A DNA stretch of 64,000 nucleotides from Gammaproteobacteria bacterium (GCA_038142325.1 JAYQJW010000002.1:715328-779327), one strand, 5' to 3'. Positions 1-13,107 are shown, numbered from the stretch's first letter. Translations and numbers: made by a program. The notes: generated by a model not told the origin, from the letters alone.

Positions 1-600
1 AACAAAACCTTTTGTAACATTACCTTCAGCATATTTTTCTTTGATCTCTTCACTGCTTGAATTTTGATCCAACAAAACAGCTTTTCTTGATAAAACGATA
101 TTGTTTCTTACTTTGTCCATTTTAATTATTTTAAAATCAAGAGTTTTCCCTTCAAGGTAGTCCGTCTCTTTAGTTGGTCTAACATCAACCAATGATCCAG
201 GTAGGAAAGCCTTTACATCCATTAATTCAACAGTGAACCCACCTTTAACTTTGCCGCAAACTTTCCCAGATATTATTTCTTGATTATCAAGATAATTTTC
301 AAGAGTCGACCATACTTTGATTCTTTTTGCTTTTTCTCGTGAAAGTATGGTTTCTCCATAACCATCCTCTACAAGATCAAGTGTTACTTCCACAGTATCA
401 CCTATGGAGACTTCAAGCTCGCCATCGGAGTTCATGAACTGTTGTTTTGGAATAATTCCTTCTGATTTAAGACCAGCGCTTGTGATTACAAAATCATTTT
501 TGATGTCTATTACTTTAGCAGGGATTATTTCACCCGGAGTCATGTTAAGCTTAGATATATTAGATTCTAATAATTCTTCAAATTCTGTTAACGTTGCCAT
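1..600 (-). CDS. rpsA: 30S ribosomal protein S1 (5' part; runs off window)
   Basis: Manual translation from ATG at 600: MATLTEFEELL...VITSAGLKSEGIIP...KVKGGFTVELMDVKAFLPGSLVDVRP; follows cmk. Confidence 0.95.
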   Translation of the reverse strand, partial: MATLTEFEELLESNISKLNMTPGEIIPAKVIDIKNDFVITSAGLKSEGIIPKQQFMNSDGELEVSIGDTVEVTLDLVEDGYGETILSREKAKRIKVWSTLENYLDNQEIISGKVCGKVKGGFTVELMDVKAFLPGSLVDVRPTKETDYLEGKTLDFKIIKMDKVRNNIVLSRKAVLLDQNSSSEEIKEKYAEGNVTKGFV

Positions 601-612
601 ATATAATAGTAA

Positions 613-1290
613 TTAATTTTTAGATATAGTATACAAATTTAATATTTTATCAACAATTGCATCAGGATTAAGGTGAGAAGAATCAAGTATCACAGCATTA
701 TCAGGCACTTTTAGTGGTGAAATTGCCCTATTCTTATCACTTTCATCTCTTTTTTTTAATAATTCTAAAATATTCTCCAAACTAACAGATTCGCCTTTAT
801 CACATAATTCCTTATGTCGTCTTTGTGCTCGTATCTCAAGAGATGCACTAATGAAGAGTTTAAGTTGTGCATTCGGATAGACTTCCGTACCCATATCTCT
901 CCCGTTTGCTATTAATCCTTCACCTTGTATACATGAATGTTGAATGTGTAACATTTGACTTCTTACTTCAGGAATTTTGGAAACTTTGGATGCGCTTTTT
1001 CCAACTTCCTCAGTATATAGCAGATGGTCAATTTTAGTATTATCTGCATATACCTCATACTCAGAATTATTATTTAATTTAAGGTTTATGCTTGAAATAA
1101 GTTCCATTATTTTAGGAATATTATTAACTGAAAAATCAGATTGTGATAAAAGATATCCTGCAGATCTATAAAGTTTTCCGCTATCTAATAAACTAAAATT
1201 AAGTTTTTTAGCAAGTATGCGAGATATAGTTGTCTTTCCAGAACCGCTTGTACCATCCATAGTGATAATATATGTAGAACTATACTTCAA
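613..1290 (-). CDS. cmk: cytidylate kinase
   Basis: P-loop DGTSGSGKTT, LDSGKLYR, GRDMGT motifs; aroA-cmk-rpsA order. Confidence 0.95.
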   Translation of the reverse strand: MKYSSTYIITMDGTSGSGKTTISRILAKKLNFSLLDSGKLYRSAGYLLSQSDFSVNNIPKIMELISSINLKLNNNSEYEVYADNTKIDHLLYTEEVGKSASKVSKIPEVRSQMLHIQHSCIQGEGLIANGRDMGTEVYPNAQLKLFISASLEIRAQRRHKELCDKGESVSLENILELLKKRDESDKNRAISPLKVPDNAVILDSSHLNPDAIVDKILNLYTISKN

Positions 1291-2585
1291 AGATTTCTAC
1301 TCCTTGCTCTCTCAATAAAGAGATAAATGTCGGAAAAGATGTGGCAATATTTTTTGTATCAATAATTGTTATTGATTTTTTAGCTACAAGTCCAGCTACT
1401 GCAAATGACATAGCAATACGATGATCGCCATAGCTTTTTATTTTTCCACCCGATATTTTACCTCCAGTTATTTCGATAGAGTCTTTGGTAGAGTTAACAT
1501 CTATCCCAATAGATTTTAATCCTTCTTCCATAGACTTAATTCTGTCACTTTCTTTATGTCTTAATTCTTCAATTCCGGATATTGTAGATTTTCCCGCTGC
1601 TAATGCACATGCAATGAAGAGTATAGGTAACTCATCAATTAGAGACGGAATGATATCTCCATCAATATGAATAGATTTAAGATTAGAGCACTTAACTCTT
1701 ATATCACCAATAAGTTCATTTGAAATTAAGTTTTGTATTGGTAATAGAAATATTGCCTCCCATGTTTTTTAAAACAGTAATGAGTCCAGTTCTGTAAATA
1801 TTAATATTAATATTTCGAAAAAGTAATTCAGATCCATCTACAATCAAGGCAGCCACGATGAAAAAAGCTGCCGATGAAATATCTGATCCAATTTCAATAT
1901 CTTTTGCTATTAATGTTTGTCTCCCTTTGAATGATAATGAATTTTCACTTCTATCAATTTTATAATTAAAATGTTGAAGTAAATTTTCAGTATGATCTCT
2001 AGTTGGAATTGTTTCATAAAATGTTGATTCTCCCTCAATGAACAACGCTGCTAGAATTAGACATGATTTAACTTGTGCACTTGCTATAGACTGATTATAT
2101 CTTATAGGTGAAAGGCCAGTACATTTATCAATAACAATAGGTGCTTTATGATTATTAGATGATATTTGGGCACCAGAATTTACTAGAGGCTCTATTATTC
2201 TTGCCATTGGTCTTTTTCTCAATGAATCATCTCCAGTCAATGTAGATGTAAAATTTTGTGATACGAGGATGCCTGACAATAATCTTATCAAAGTTCCAGA
2301 ATTACCAGCGTCAATCATAACGTCAGGTTGTTTAAGTCCATCTAATCCTATGCCGTTGATTATAATTTCATCTTCAACAAATGAAATATCAGCACCTAAT
2401 AATTTCATTGCTGAGACAGTCGCAAGACAGTCATTAGAATTTAGGAAGTTTTTAATTTTAAGTGTTCCAGATGATATTGAACCTAGAATGATGCTTCGAT
2501 GAGATATCGATTTATCACCAGGAATTCTTACCAGCCCAATAAGGGGTTTTGATTTATTTACGATAAGATTATTTGACAAATTCAT
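1280..2585 (-). CDS. aroA: 3-phosphoshikimate 1-carboxyvinyltransferase (split by apparent frameshift near 1720)
   Basis: PGDKSISHR, GNSGT, SAQVKS, RDHTE in 1716..2585; KESDRI and GDHRIAMSF in downstream frame. Confidence 0.92.
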
Positions 2586-3432
2586 CGAGTTTTCTGTCCA
2601 ATTTCCTCTAAAAGTTTATGTATCTTATCGTAACTCGATGAATCAAGAAGGCTCTTGAAGTTTTCTAATATTTTTTTGAATACGATCTAATGATTCAGAT
2701 ATATTTTTACTATTATTAAAAAATATATCTGACCACATAGTGGGGTCGCTTTTGCTTAATCTTACATGTTCTTTGATCCCGCCGCCAAGCAATAAAGGAA
2801 GATGATTATCTAGAATAGATTGTGGTAGTGCCTGAATGAAGATGTAAGCCATTAAATGTGCAACATGACTTGTCTGAGACATTAATGAATCATGAACAGT
2901 ATGGCTTATGTTGTGTGTTTGCGCTCCAATAGATTCCCAAAATTTTTTCAATTTAAGATATTGGGTTTTTGATGAATTATTATTATCAATTAAAAAGACT
3001 ACTTTATCCTTATACATATCATTTTTACTGTTTGAAAACGAGGTCTTTTCAGAGCCTACCATTGGGTGTGAACTAATAAAGTTACTCCCGCTCTTCTTTA
3101 TAAGGTCAGCAGTTTTAAGATAAGTTTTACCTTTGGAGCTGCCTATGTCAGTTATTAATGTATTCTTATTAATGTACGGAATTATTTTTTTGATTAGCAG
3201 CTCATAAGCACTCAATGGCGTACAAAGAGATTATAATATCAGGTCTAGTAATCGCTGAAAAATCATCGATTGCAAAATCGATAATTTTATTTTTAAGACA
3301 ATACTCTATTGATTTATGATTCAGATCGTAAGCAGATATATTATAATTCAGGTTATACTTTTTAATGGACTTACACAATGATGTGCCCATCATGCCTAAT
3401 CCAATTATATATATTTTTTTAAGTCTCTTCAT
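2582..3432 (-). CDS. tyrA: prephenate dehydrogenase (apparent frameshifts near 3220 and 2655)
   Basis: IGLGMMG Rossmann motif, TDIGSSK, HPMVGSE, HD..TSHVAH; reading resumes to a TGA at 2582-2584. Confidence 0.85.
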
Positions 3433-4521
3433 GATAGAAAGATACTAACGCTTTCGAAAATTTTTTCATATCATTTTGAGTGCCAATGGAGACTCTGAGA
3501 TAGTTTGGGAGTTTGTAATTATCAAGTGGACGCAAAACGATACTCTTTTTAAGCATGTAATCAAACAATTTTTTTGAGTTTGGGCCAACATTAAACGTTA
3601 TAAAATTACAGTATGTACCTAAATAGCTTATAGAAAGTTTATCAAATAGATTTGTTATTTGAGAAACAGCACTAAAATTATTTGTTTTGCTTATTTTAAT
3701 AAATTTCTTATCTTTTATTGCAATTTCTGCACATTTTTGTGCGAAAAGGTTAGTATTAAAAGGTTGCTTGTAAAGCGTAAGGTTTTCTATATTTTTGTAA
3801 TTAGAAACTCCATAGCCAATCCGTAATGAGGCTAATCCAAATATTTTAGAAAAGGATCTTGTGACATATAAATTATTATATTTTCTTAAAAGAGTCACGG
3901 CGCTAGGATTGATAGAAGAATTCAAATATTCATAATATGCTTCATCAATGACAATCGAAATATTTTTAGGTATAGATCTTATAAACTCATCAATTTTAGA
4001 TATTTTAATATATGTTCCAGTTGGATTAGCTGGATTAGCAATGAAAATTAATTTAGTTTTTTTAGATATTTTTTGTTTAACAGATTCTAAATCTATGCCT
4101 AAATAATTATCAGTATTTATATTTCTATCGGGTTTACTGGTAATAACTTTCGCTTTTTGAAGTTTAGATATAATCTCATAAACAAGGAAAGAGTGTTTGG
4201 GAATTATTACTTCAGATGAACTGTCTAACAATGAGCGTGAGATGAATTCAAGAATCTCATTACTGCCATTACCTAGAATAATATTTTTTGCTGAAATGTT
4301 AGATCCAAGTGATTGTGCAATAGAGTCTTGCAAGATTGAGAGGTTTACTCTCTGGATATAGATTGATTTGATGTTTATATTTAGTTATATATCTGGCAAC
4401 TTTATCTGATATAAATGGATTCTCATTGGATGAAAGCTTGATGATTCGATTAACATTATATTTCTTACGAACATCGTTTATATTAAATCCAGGTGTATAT
4501 TGAATAATTTTTTTCTGCCAC
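3419..4521 (-). CDS. hisC: histidinol-phosphate / aromatic aminotransferase (frameshifted 5' part)
   Basis: Upstream frame YTPG...IKLSSNENPF; GNGSNE, NPANPTG, DEAYYEY, RSFSKIFGLASLRIGY. Confidence 0.9.
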
Positions 4522-5590
4522 TAGTCTATACTCTTTGGATAAGACCCTAGTATCTGAAAATATCTTGCTTTTGATGCTATTCTGTTCAAAGCATCAGATA
4601 TTTTTTTGTCATTAATATGACCAGAGATATCTACTATGAAAAGGTATTCCCAATTTTTATCTTTTGTAGGTATGGATTCAATTTTAGTCATAGAAATCTT
4701 GCTTTTAGCTAATATTTCAAGTGAACTGGATAGAGCTCCTGCTTTATTATCCAAAGACATGACAAAGGTTGTTTTGTCATTTCCTGATTTATCTACATCA
4801 GTGTTACCAATGATTAAAAAGCGAGTTGTATTATTGTGTATATCATGAATATTTTCAGCATTTAATTTTTAGATTATAAATTTTTGAACAGACTCTACTA
4901 CCAATGCATGCTGAATTTTTATATTTTTTAACAAGCAAAGCAGCTTGGGCATTACTATCAGAAGAAATATATTGTGCATTTGGTAAATTTTTTGATAACC
5001 ATGAATCACACTGAGAGAGAGTTTGGTTATGAGCATATACTTTGTTGATTTTACTTAATGATGATGTATTTGACATTAAACAATGTTTTATTGCTATATT
5101 CTGTTCACCACATATATTAATTTGATACTTAATTAGAAAATCAAGTGTCTTTTTTATACTTCCCTGATTAGAGTTTTCAACAGGCACAACACCATAGTCA
5201 CTAATATTGTTTTTAATATCATTAAAGACATCGAAAATAGTATTTTTACTATTCTTTATTACACTTTTACCAAAAAATTTATTTGTAGCAATCTCACTGT
5301 AAGTTCCCTCTGGTCCAAGATATGAAACATTTAGTTTAGTCTCCAAGGATAAACATGAAGAAATTATTTCTCTATAAATCGTAGTAACATGTTTAGATGT
5401 GAGGGGGCCATTATTAAGCTGTCGAAGCTTACGAATTATCTGTGACTCTCTTTCTGGTCTAAATATAGTTTTATTAGTTGATGATTGTTTATGTTTTGCA
5501 ACATTTTTAGCAATTTCTGCACGTTGATTTAGGATTTCCAGTATTTTTCTTATCCAATCTATCTATCTTATTTCGAAATTTTTTTAGCAT
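4521..5590 (-). CDS. pheA: chorismate mutase/prephenate dehydratase (P-protein), frameshifted
   Basis: FRPERESQII chorismate mutase segment, YLGPEGTYS, VPVENS, NTTRF, ACT domain ending LGSYP. Confidence 0.9.
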
Positions 5591-5592
5591 TT

Positions 5593-8118
5593 TTAGTTAT
5601 CTATATGTTCAGATGATATTGTTGTGATTTTCTCGTCGTCAGACATATCTTGCAGTCTAACTCCTTGAGTATTTCTATTTATTGTACTCATATCAGATGC
5701 TGAGATTTTAATAGTTTTCCTTTGTTTGTTATAAGTATAATAAAATCATTTTCATTTACATTTACTGAACCAACAACATTGCCGTTACGTTCTGAAGTTT
5801 TAATAGATATAACACCTTGTCCTCCTCTATTTTGAGCGTTGTATGAATCTATTGATACCTTGTTGCCAAATCCGTTCTCAGTAACAAATATCAACTGGCT
5901 ATTTTTGACATTAATTGATGATATCAGTTTATGTTGTTGATTGAATTTGATGCCTAAAACTCCTTGAGTGCCTCTGGATCTCTCTCTTATTTGCGTTTCT
6001 TCAAATAGTATTGATTTTCCTGAGGATGATGTTAACAAAATATTGTCTGAGCCACTTGTATGAATCGCATTAAATAAATAATCATCCTCTTTTAAAAGAA
6101 TAGCTTTAAGACCACTGTTTCTAACTTTCTTAAATGATGATAAAGACAATCTGTTAACCATACCATTTCTGGTGGTTAAAAATAAAAATCCTTCCTGATC
6201 AAAACTTTTTATAGCAACAATTGCTGATATAGTCTCATCAGAATCTAGTGGCAGAATATTATTAATAGATTTTCCTCGAGCCTGTCTGCTATTGTCTGGA
6301 ATGTCAAAAACTCGAATTGAAAAAGCCTTACCTTTTGTTGAAAAACATAAAATAGTATCATGGGTATGAGCACAAACTAATAATTTAGCTTTATCGCCTT
6401 CTTTAAAGTTAGCTGCATTAACTCCTCTTCCGCCTCGTTTCTGACTTTTGAATTCGCTATTGGGCATACGTTTTACATAATTTGCTTCAGTGAGTACAAC
6501 TATCACGTCTTCCTTTTTAATCATGTCTTCACGATTTAAAAGCCCTTCATCTTGAGAGATAGTTGATAATCGACTTTCACCATATTCGCTTTTAATATCA
6601 TCTAGCTCATCAAGCATGAGTTTATCCAACTCTGCAGTATTCGAGAGTATATTTAAAAATTTTTCAATAGATTTGATTGCATCATTGTAATCGTTGAGAA
6701 TAGAATCCTGTTCTAAATTGGTAAGTTTATTTAACTTCATATCAAGAATAGCTTGAGCTTGATCTTGACTTATCTTGTATGCCTCATTAATTAGTCCTAC
6801 TGAATCATCTATAGATATAAACTGTGAACATTCATTCATTAACTTAGATAAGTTCCACGACATGTTTGATGTCGACCATGATTTATTGATAATTTTATTT
6901 CTAGCCTCTTCTGTAGATTTTGATGTTTTGATAAGTTCTATCATCTCATCTATATTTTTCAAAGCTACGCTAAGTCCTTCAAGTAGGTGACCTTTTGTAT
7001 AAGTTTTATTTAATAGATAAAGCGTTCTTCTTGTTATTACTTCTCTTCTATGTTTAATAAATTCTGATAACGCCCTTGGAATGTTAATTGTGCATGGTTC
7101 TCCATCAACTAGACAAACCATGTTCGCAGAGAACGAAGTTTGTAAATTAGTCTGTTTATAAAGACTGCTTAAAATCACATCAGATTGTTCACCTTTTTAA
7201 GTTCTATAACGACACGCATACCATCGCGGTCTGATTCATCTCTTAAATGGCTAATTCCAGATACTTTTTTTCTTTTACTAGAGTTGCAATAGATTCAATA
7301 AGTTTAGCTTTATTAACCTGATATGGAAGTTCTGTAATTATGATTGATGTTTTATCCTTTTTTTCTTCAAGTTTATGTTTTGCTCTAATTTTAAATGATC
7401 CTCTACCTGTTTTAATCATTTCATATATGCCACCGTTATCTTTAATTTCGGCTCCAGTTGGAAAATCTGGTCCAGTAAACCAAGATTGCTCAATGAAACG
7501 ATCTATTTCTTCATCTGAGGCAAGTGAAGGGTCTTTGATTAAAACTTTTACAGAGTCAATAATTTCATTTAAGTTATGTGGCGGAATATTTGTAGCCATA
7601 CCAACAGCAATCCCTGAAGCTCCATTTATTAGAAGATTGGGTAATCGCGTTGGAAGAACTGTAGGTTCATTTTCAGAACCATCATAGTTTGGATTAAAAT
7701 CTACTGTATTCTTATCAATGTCAGAGAGAAGTTCATGAGAAAGTTTAGACATTCTTACTTCTGTATATCTCATTGCCGCAGGTGAGTCTCCATCAACTGA
7801 ACCAAAATTACCTTGGCCATCAACCAGTGGATAACGCATGGAAAAAGGCTGTGCTAGTCTTACTATAGTATCGTAGACTGCAGTATCTCCGTGAGGGTGA
7901 TATTTACCAATTACATCGCCAACTATTCTTGCTGATTTTTTATAAGCCTTGTTATGCCCGTTATTCAGTTCGTGCATTGAATAAAGCACACGCCTATGAA
8001 CAGGTTTTAGACCATCTCTCACATCTGGAAGTGCCCTACCAACAATAACAGACATGGCATACTCGATGTAGGAATGACGCATCTCATCATCAAGCTTAAT
8101 CTGTGAAATTTCAGACAT
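5593..8118 (-). CDS. gyrA: DNA gyrase subunit A (split by apparent frameshifts near 7260, 7200 and 5705)
   Basis: [32 protein letters not shown], GyrA-box QKRGGRG, C-terminal RNTQGVRL. Confidence 0.96.
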
Positions 8119-8211
8119 TAAAAAAGGTTTGTAAGTGCCATATTTATCGACTTATTTTAGCATAAATTAGTCTTATAAACGATATAAATTAACTGTGTAA
8201 AAGTATAGAAT

Positions 8212-9295
8212 TTGAAGATGATTATCTTGTCTCCCAAATGGATATATCTTGATAATAAAAGTTTAGCTAGTGATAGATCAATTCTTGTTGACGGTGGAAA
8301 AATTGTAAATGTACTTAGTGAAAATGATATTAATAAGAATTTTAATCGAGTGAAACGTATATACTATAAAAACCATATCATGATGCCCTCATTCACAGAT
8401 ACATATATCAATTTCGATGATTGCACCAGCATGTTTCAATATGAGCAGAAAATAAAAAATATTTTACATAATGGTGTTACTAAGATACAAATCGTTACAA
8501 AAGATTATAAAAAGTTATTAAAGCTTAAGCATGATGATTATATGGATATAAGCTTCATGATTACACTTGATGGCTGCAAAGTGTACTCAGACTGATATTA
8601 ATAATATGATCAAAACTCTTGATTTTTATAAATCAAATCCTAATCAATTATTTAATATCAATATCATAAATATTTTAAAGTTTGATAATCAGATAATTGA
8701 GAAAGTAGCTTCAATAGCGAATGAAATACAGTTTAATATACATATACATCTCAATGACCTAACACGTTTAACTAATAAAGAAATAGAGACTAAGATTAAA
8801 TACTTCGATGATATTAATATTTTAAATAATTGCGCTGTCCATGATGCAATCATGAATAGAGATTACGTTTTTGAACATTTTAATAAAAAGAATACATCAA
8901 TATGTGTAAAGTATTGTGAGTTAAATACTTTTGAGAATATAAATTACTTTATATCTCTAATTAAGGATGGATATAATTGTATTTTAATATCTGATAAAGA
9001 GAAATCTTTTAGATTTTATGACTTAATTAAAATTACAGATATTCTGAGTAGAAATACCGAAACATTTGATGCAAATAAAATTATAAATTGTGTTACAGAG
9101 AATACTGAAAGATATCTATCAAATTCATCTCATAAAAATATTTTAAATAAAGGCGCAACTGCATCATTTAATCTTTATGATCAATCGAAAAAGCTTTTGT
9201 TAAATAATCAATATAAACCTAAATTAGTCTATATTGACAATGAAAGCTTAACTAATGTATGGTCGAATGGTAAAGAAGTATATGGAAAATATTAA
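8212..9295 (+). CDS. degenerate amidohydrolase (TRZ/ATZ, MtaD-like), two ORFs joined by frameshift
   Basis: N-terminal ILVDGGKIV..IMMPSF strand, HIHL, C-terminal LNKGATASF and LTNVWSNGK; occupies the usual slot between gyrA and ubiG. Confidence 0.6.
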
Positions 9296-9972
9296 AAAAA
9301 AATAATCAAGAAGAACATTTTGATCAGTATGCATATGATTGGTGGAACAAAACTGGTCATTATAAAATATTACATAAACTTAATCCTCTAAGATTAGAAT
9401 ACATAACATCGCGTTGCGAAGTAAAAGATAAAAAAATATTAGATATTGGTTGTGGAGGAGGACTCTTAGCAGAAGAGCTTTGTAAAAAAGGTGCATCTGT
9501 TACTGGGCTTGATTCATCTGAAAAGTCTATAAAGATAGCCAAAAAACATGCTGAAGAAAATAAATTAGATATTAACTATATACACGGATCAATATTAAGT
9601 TTAAAAGATGTACAATCATATGATTGTATAGTTTGCTTTGAAATGATAGAGCACATGAATCATCCAAGTAAAATTGTAGATAAAATATTTGATATCTCAA
9701 AAGAAAAGGCGGATATATTTTTCTCAACTATAAATCGTAATTTAAAGTCATTTATATTTGCTAAAATATTCGCAGAGTATGTACTAGGTATTGTTCCTAA
9801 AGGAACTCATCAATATGCTAAATTTATTTCTCCTTATGAACTTAGTACAATGTTAGAAAAAAAATCTATTAAAACAAAAAAGATTGATGGTATATTTTTT
9901 AACCCTTTGAATGAATCATTTAAATTATCAAGTGATATAGATATTAACTACTTTTTATATGCAGAAAAATAA
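9282..9972 (+). CDS. ubiG: ubiquinone biosynthesis O-methyltransferase (frameshift in A-run 9294-9302)
   Basis: WW..G..K.LHKLNPLR, LDIGCGGGLL, EMIEH, STINR, AEYVLGIVPKGTH. Confidence 0.92.
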
Positions 9973-10620
9973 CCTTGATATTAAGTCTGTTCTATTTGAT
10001 TTAGATGGAACTTTAGCTGATACATCTATAGATATGTGTAACTCGCTCAATCGAGTATTAGAAACTAGAAATCTTAAACAAGTCAATTGCTCTGACTTAA
10101 AAAATATATTTCTAGAGGCGCTGTAGGTATTATTGAGTATGCATCAATTGTCAATGATAGAGAAATAGACTCATCTTTACTTAGAGCTGAATTTCTTGAA
10201 GATTACAAACATAACTGTTTCATAGAAACTAAACTCAATATGAATATTCAAGATCTTCTTAATTTTCTTGTTGAGAAAAATATTAAGGTTGGCATAGTTA
10301 CAAACAAGCACTCTAGGTATGTTGATAAAATAATAGAAGGTCTTGGTATATCAAAAATTTTAAGTTGCGTTGTGACAGGTGATATGGTGTTACATGCAAA
10401 ACCTGCTTGTGATGGTCTTTTGAAGGCATCTGAACTTATAAATTGTTCTAACGAGAATACTATATATGTAGGTGATGATGAGCGAGACATTATTGCTGGC
10501 AAAGATGCTGGAATGACAACAGTAGCTGCAAATTTTGGTTTTATACATCATGATATGAATATTAATTCATGGAGAGGCAGACTTAATCATAGACGATCCT
10601 ATGGAGCTTAGAGACTACCT
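9959..10620 (+). CDS. HAD hydrolase, phosphoglycolate / MurNAc-6-P phosphatase family (frameshifted; end approximate)
   Basis: LFDLDGTLADTS, VTNK, KP, YVGDDERDIIAGKDAGM; downstream of ubiG like gph/mupP. Confidence 0.85.
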
Positions 10621-11080
10621 AATCAATAAATACTAGAGTTCCAACATCAACCTGATTAAAAAGTTCCACAATATCTTCATCACACATTCTTATACAACCA
10701 TGTGATTTTGAAAGCCCCAGTTTATCTTTATGCGGAGTACCATGAATATAGATATATCTCTTGTAAGAGTCAACGTTATCATTTTGATTGAAACCATTTT
10801 CAAGTCCCCCTAATCTAATTATTCTTGTTGTAATATAATCCTCATCATCACTAGGGATGTAGTCAATAATTTTGTTTGTAGGTCTTCTATGCTTAAATAG
10901 AGTACCAGGTGCTAATCCTTCACCTATTTTAGAAGTAATTGTATGCAAGCCTATCGGCGTCTGAAATGAGCCTTCTCTGCAGCCCATACCGTTGCATGAT
11001 GTGGAGATTTTGCTCTCAAATTGAATGGAATTTTGTTTTAATAAATATAAAGTTTGATTAGACGAATTAATGAAAATCAT
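10619..11080 (-). CDS. L,D-transpeptidase (YkuD) family protein
   Basis: TPIG, YIYIHGT...SHGCIRM catalytic motif. Confidence 0.9.
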   Translation of the reverse strand: MIFINSSNQTLYLLKQNSIQFESKISTSCNGMGCREGSFQTPIGLHTITSKIGEGLAPGTLFKHRRPTNKIIDYIPSDDEDYITTRIIRLGGLENGFNQNDNVDSYKRYIYIHGTPHKDKLGLSKSHGCIRMCDEDIVELFNQVDVGTLVFID

Positions 11081-11094
11081 AAGTTATAATGTAG

Positions 11095-12606
11095 TTAATA
11101 TACAATTACTTCATCAAATGAATCACTTGTTTGTGCATTTTTTCTTTTTTCTGAATCGTTTCTTAGAGCGTCTAATTCTATTAAGTAATTTTCATCAACA
11201 TCACCCGTTACATATTTGCCATCAAAACATGATGAGTCAAAATTAGAGACATTTTTACTGTTACTCTTAACCGATTCAATCAAATCGCTTAGATCTTGAT
11301 AAAATAACTTGTCACATCCTATAAATTTAGCTATTTCATCAATAGATCTATTGTCTGCAATAAACTCTTTACTTGCAGGCATGTCAATGCCATAAACATT
11401 GGGAAATTTGACTGGAGGGGCAGCAGAAGCCATATATACTTTTTTAGCGCCTGCCTCTCTTGCCATTTCAACAATTTGTTTTGATGTTGTTCCTCTGACG
11501 ATTGAATCATCTACAAGAAGGACATTTTTATTTTCAAATTCAGAATTAATAGCATTTAATTTTCTTTTGACAGATTTAGATCTTTCATTTTGCTCTGACA
11601 TTATGAATGTACGACCAATATATCTATTCTTAATAAAACCTTCTCTAAAAGGAATTTTTAATTCTGTAGAGAGTTCTAATGCTGAAATTCTACTTGTATC
11701 TGGAATAGGAATAACAACATCAATATCATGTTTAGGAAAATTTTTTATAATATTATTCGCAAGAAATTTTCCCATTGCCATTCTAGCTTTATATACAGAA
11801 ATTCCATCTATGATTGAATCAGGTCTAGCAAAATAGACATATTCGAAGATACAAGGAGTATGATTATTAATTTCAGAGCATTGTCTTGTGTGAACATCAC
11901 CATTTAAATCCACAAAGATTGCCTCGCCTGGATTTAAATCACGCTCTAATTTAAAGCCGGATGAATCTAATGCTACAGATTCTGAGGCAATCATAGTTTC
12001 AGTTTTACCCTCGTTTTTACGAGTACCATAACATAATGGTCTTATTCCATATGGATCTCTAAATGCAACAATGCCTCTATCCGTAATAAGAGAAACAACA
12101 GCATATGCGCCTTTAACTCTTCTATGAACACCTGCTACAGCATAAAAAATACTGTCAGGTGTAAAAGCCTCTTTGCTGTGCAAGTAAAGTTCATGTGCAA
12201 AAATGTTTAATAAAATTTCAGAATCAGATTTTGTATTAATGTGCCTTAAATCTTCTTTAAATAAATCAGATTTTAACTTATCGGAATTAATTAAATTACC
12301 GTTATGAGCTAAAGCAATTCCATACGGAGAATTGACATAGAAAGGTTGAGCTTCAGATGAATTTTCAGCATGACCTGCTGTCGGATAGCGGACATGACCT
12401 ATGCCAATTGGGCCCTTTAATCTTTCAATATGTTTTTTTGAAAAACCATCTCTTACAAGGCCAAGTGATTTTCTAAGGGTTATTTTACCATTACTGTTTG
12501 TTAAGATCCCGGAGGCATCCTGACCACGATGTTGAAGTACAGTAAGAGATTCATAAATATCATGAATAACATCTTGATTACCTGATACAGCTACTATGCC
12601 ACACAT
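11095..12606 (-). CDS. purF: amidophosphoribosyltransferase
   Basis: MCGIV N-terminus, QHRGQD, HVRYPTAG, VDDSIVRGTT. Confidence 0.97.
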   Translation of the reverse strand: MCGIVAVSGNQDVIHDIYESLTVLQHRGQDASGILTNSNGKITLRKSLGLVRDGFSKKHIERLKGPIGIGHVRYPTAGHAENSSEAQPFYVNSPYGIALAHNGNLINSDKLKSDLFKEDLRHINTKSDSEILLNIFAHELYLHSKEAFTPDSIFYAVAGVHRRVKGAYAVVSLITDRGIVAFRDPYGIRPLCYGTRKNEGKTETMIASESVALDSSGFKLERDLNPGEAIFVDLNGDVHTRQCSEINNHTPCIFEYVYFARPDSIIDGISVYKARMAMGKFLANNIIKNFPKHDIDVVIPIPDTSRISALELSTELKIPFREGFIKNRYIGRTFIMSEQNERSKSVKRKLNAINSEFENKNVLLVDDSIVRGTTSKQIVEMAREAGAKKVYMASAAPPVKFPNVYGIDMPASKEFIADNRSIDEIAKFIGCDKLFYQDLSDLIESVKSNSKNVSNFDSSCFDGKYVTGDVDENYLIELDALRNDSEKRKNAQTSDSFDEVIVY

Positions 12607-12621
12607 ATATGCTCATTATAT

Positions 12622-13107
12622 TTATATTTGTAAACTATTAAAGAGAGAATCATCATAATTGGAAATATAATCTATCATTTCAAGATAATACGGTAAAAAA
12701 AATGAACTCTTGAAAATATCTTCTTGAAAGGGCGTATTTATAACTAACAAGATGAAGATGAATATATAAATTTGTGATTTCATCAAAGCCACGATGAATC
12801 CAAACAATCTATTAGATTGTTGAAATACAGTTGCTGCCAATAATTTCCCCAGAGTTACATTTAAAATTAAAATCAATAAGAACGTAGCTATCACCATTGA
12901 TATTATTGTGATGATTCTGATGTAAGTATAATCAATTGATATGTATTCAGAAAATATATCTGTAAAGAACTTCAAGTGAAAGAATAAAATAAATATAAAT
13001 AAAGACCATGAAATAAAAGAAATTAATTGACTGGAAAACCCTCTCATCATACCCATCATGGAATATGCAAGAGCAACAAATAAAAATATATAATCTATCG
13101 TTACCAT
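12622..13107 (-). CDS. cvpA: CvpA family membrane protein
   Basis: IDYI...GMMRGF, hydrophobic helices, NRLFG; directly upstream of purF. Confidence 0.85.
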   Translation of the reverse strand: MVTIDYIFLFVALAYSMMGMMRGFSSQLISFISWSLFIFILFFHLKFFTDIFSEYISIDYTYIRIITIISMVIATFLLILILNVTLGKLLAATVFQQSNRLFGFIVALMKSQIYIFIFILLVINTPFQEDIFKSSFFLPYYLEMIDYISNYDDSLFNSLQI

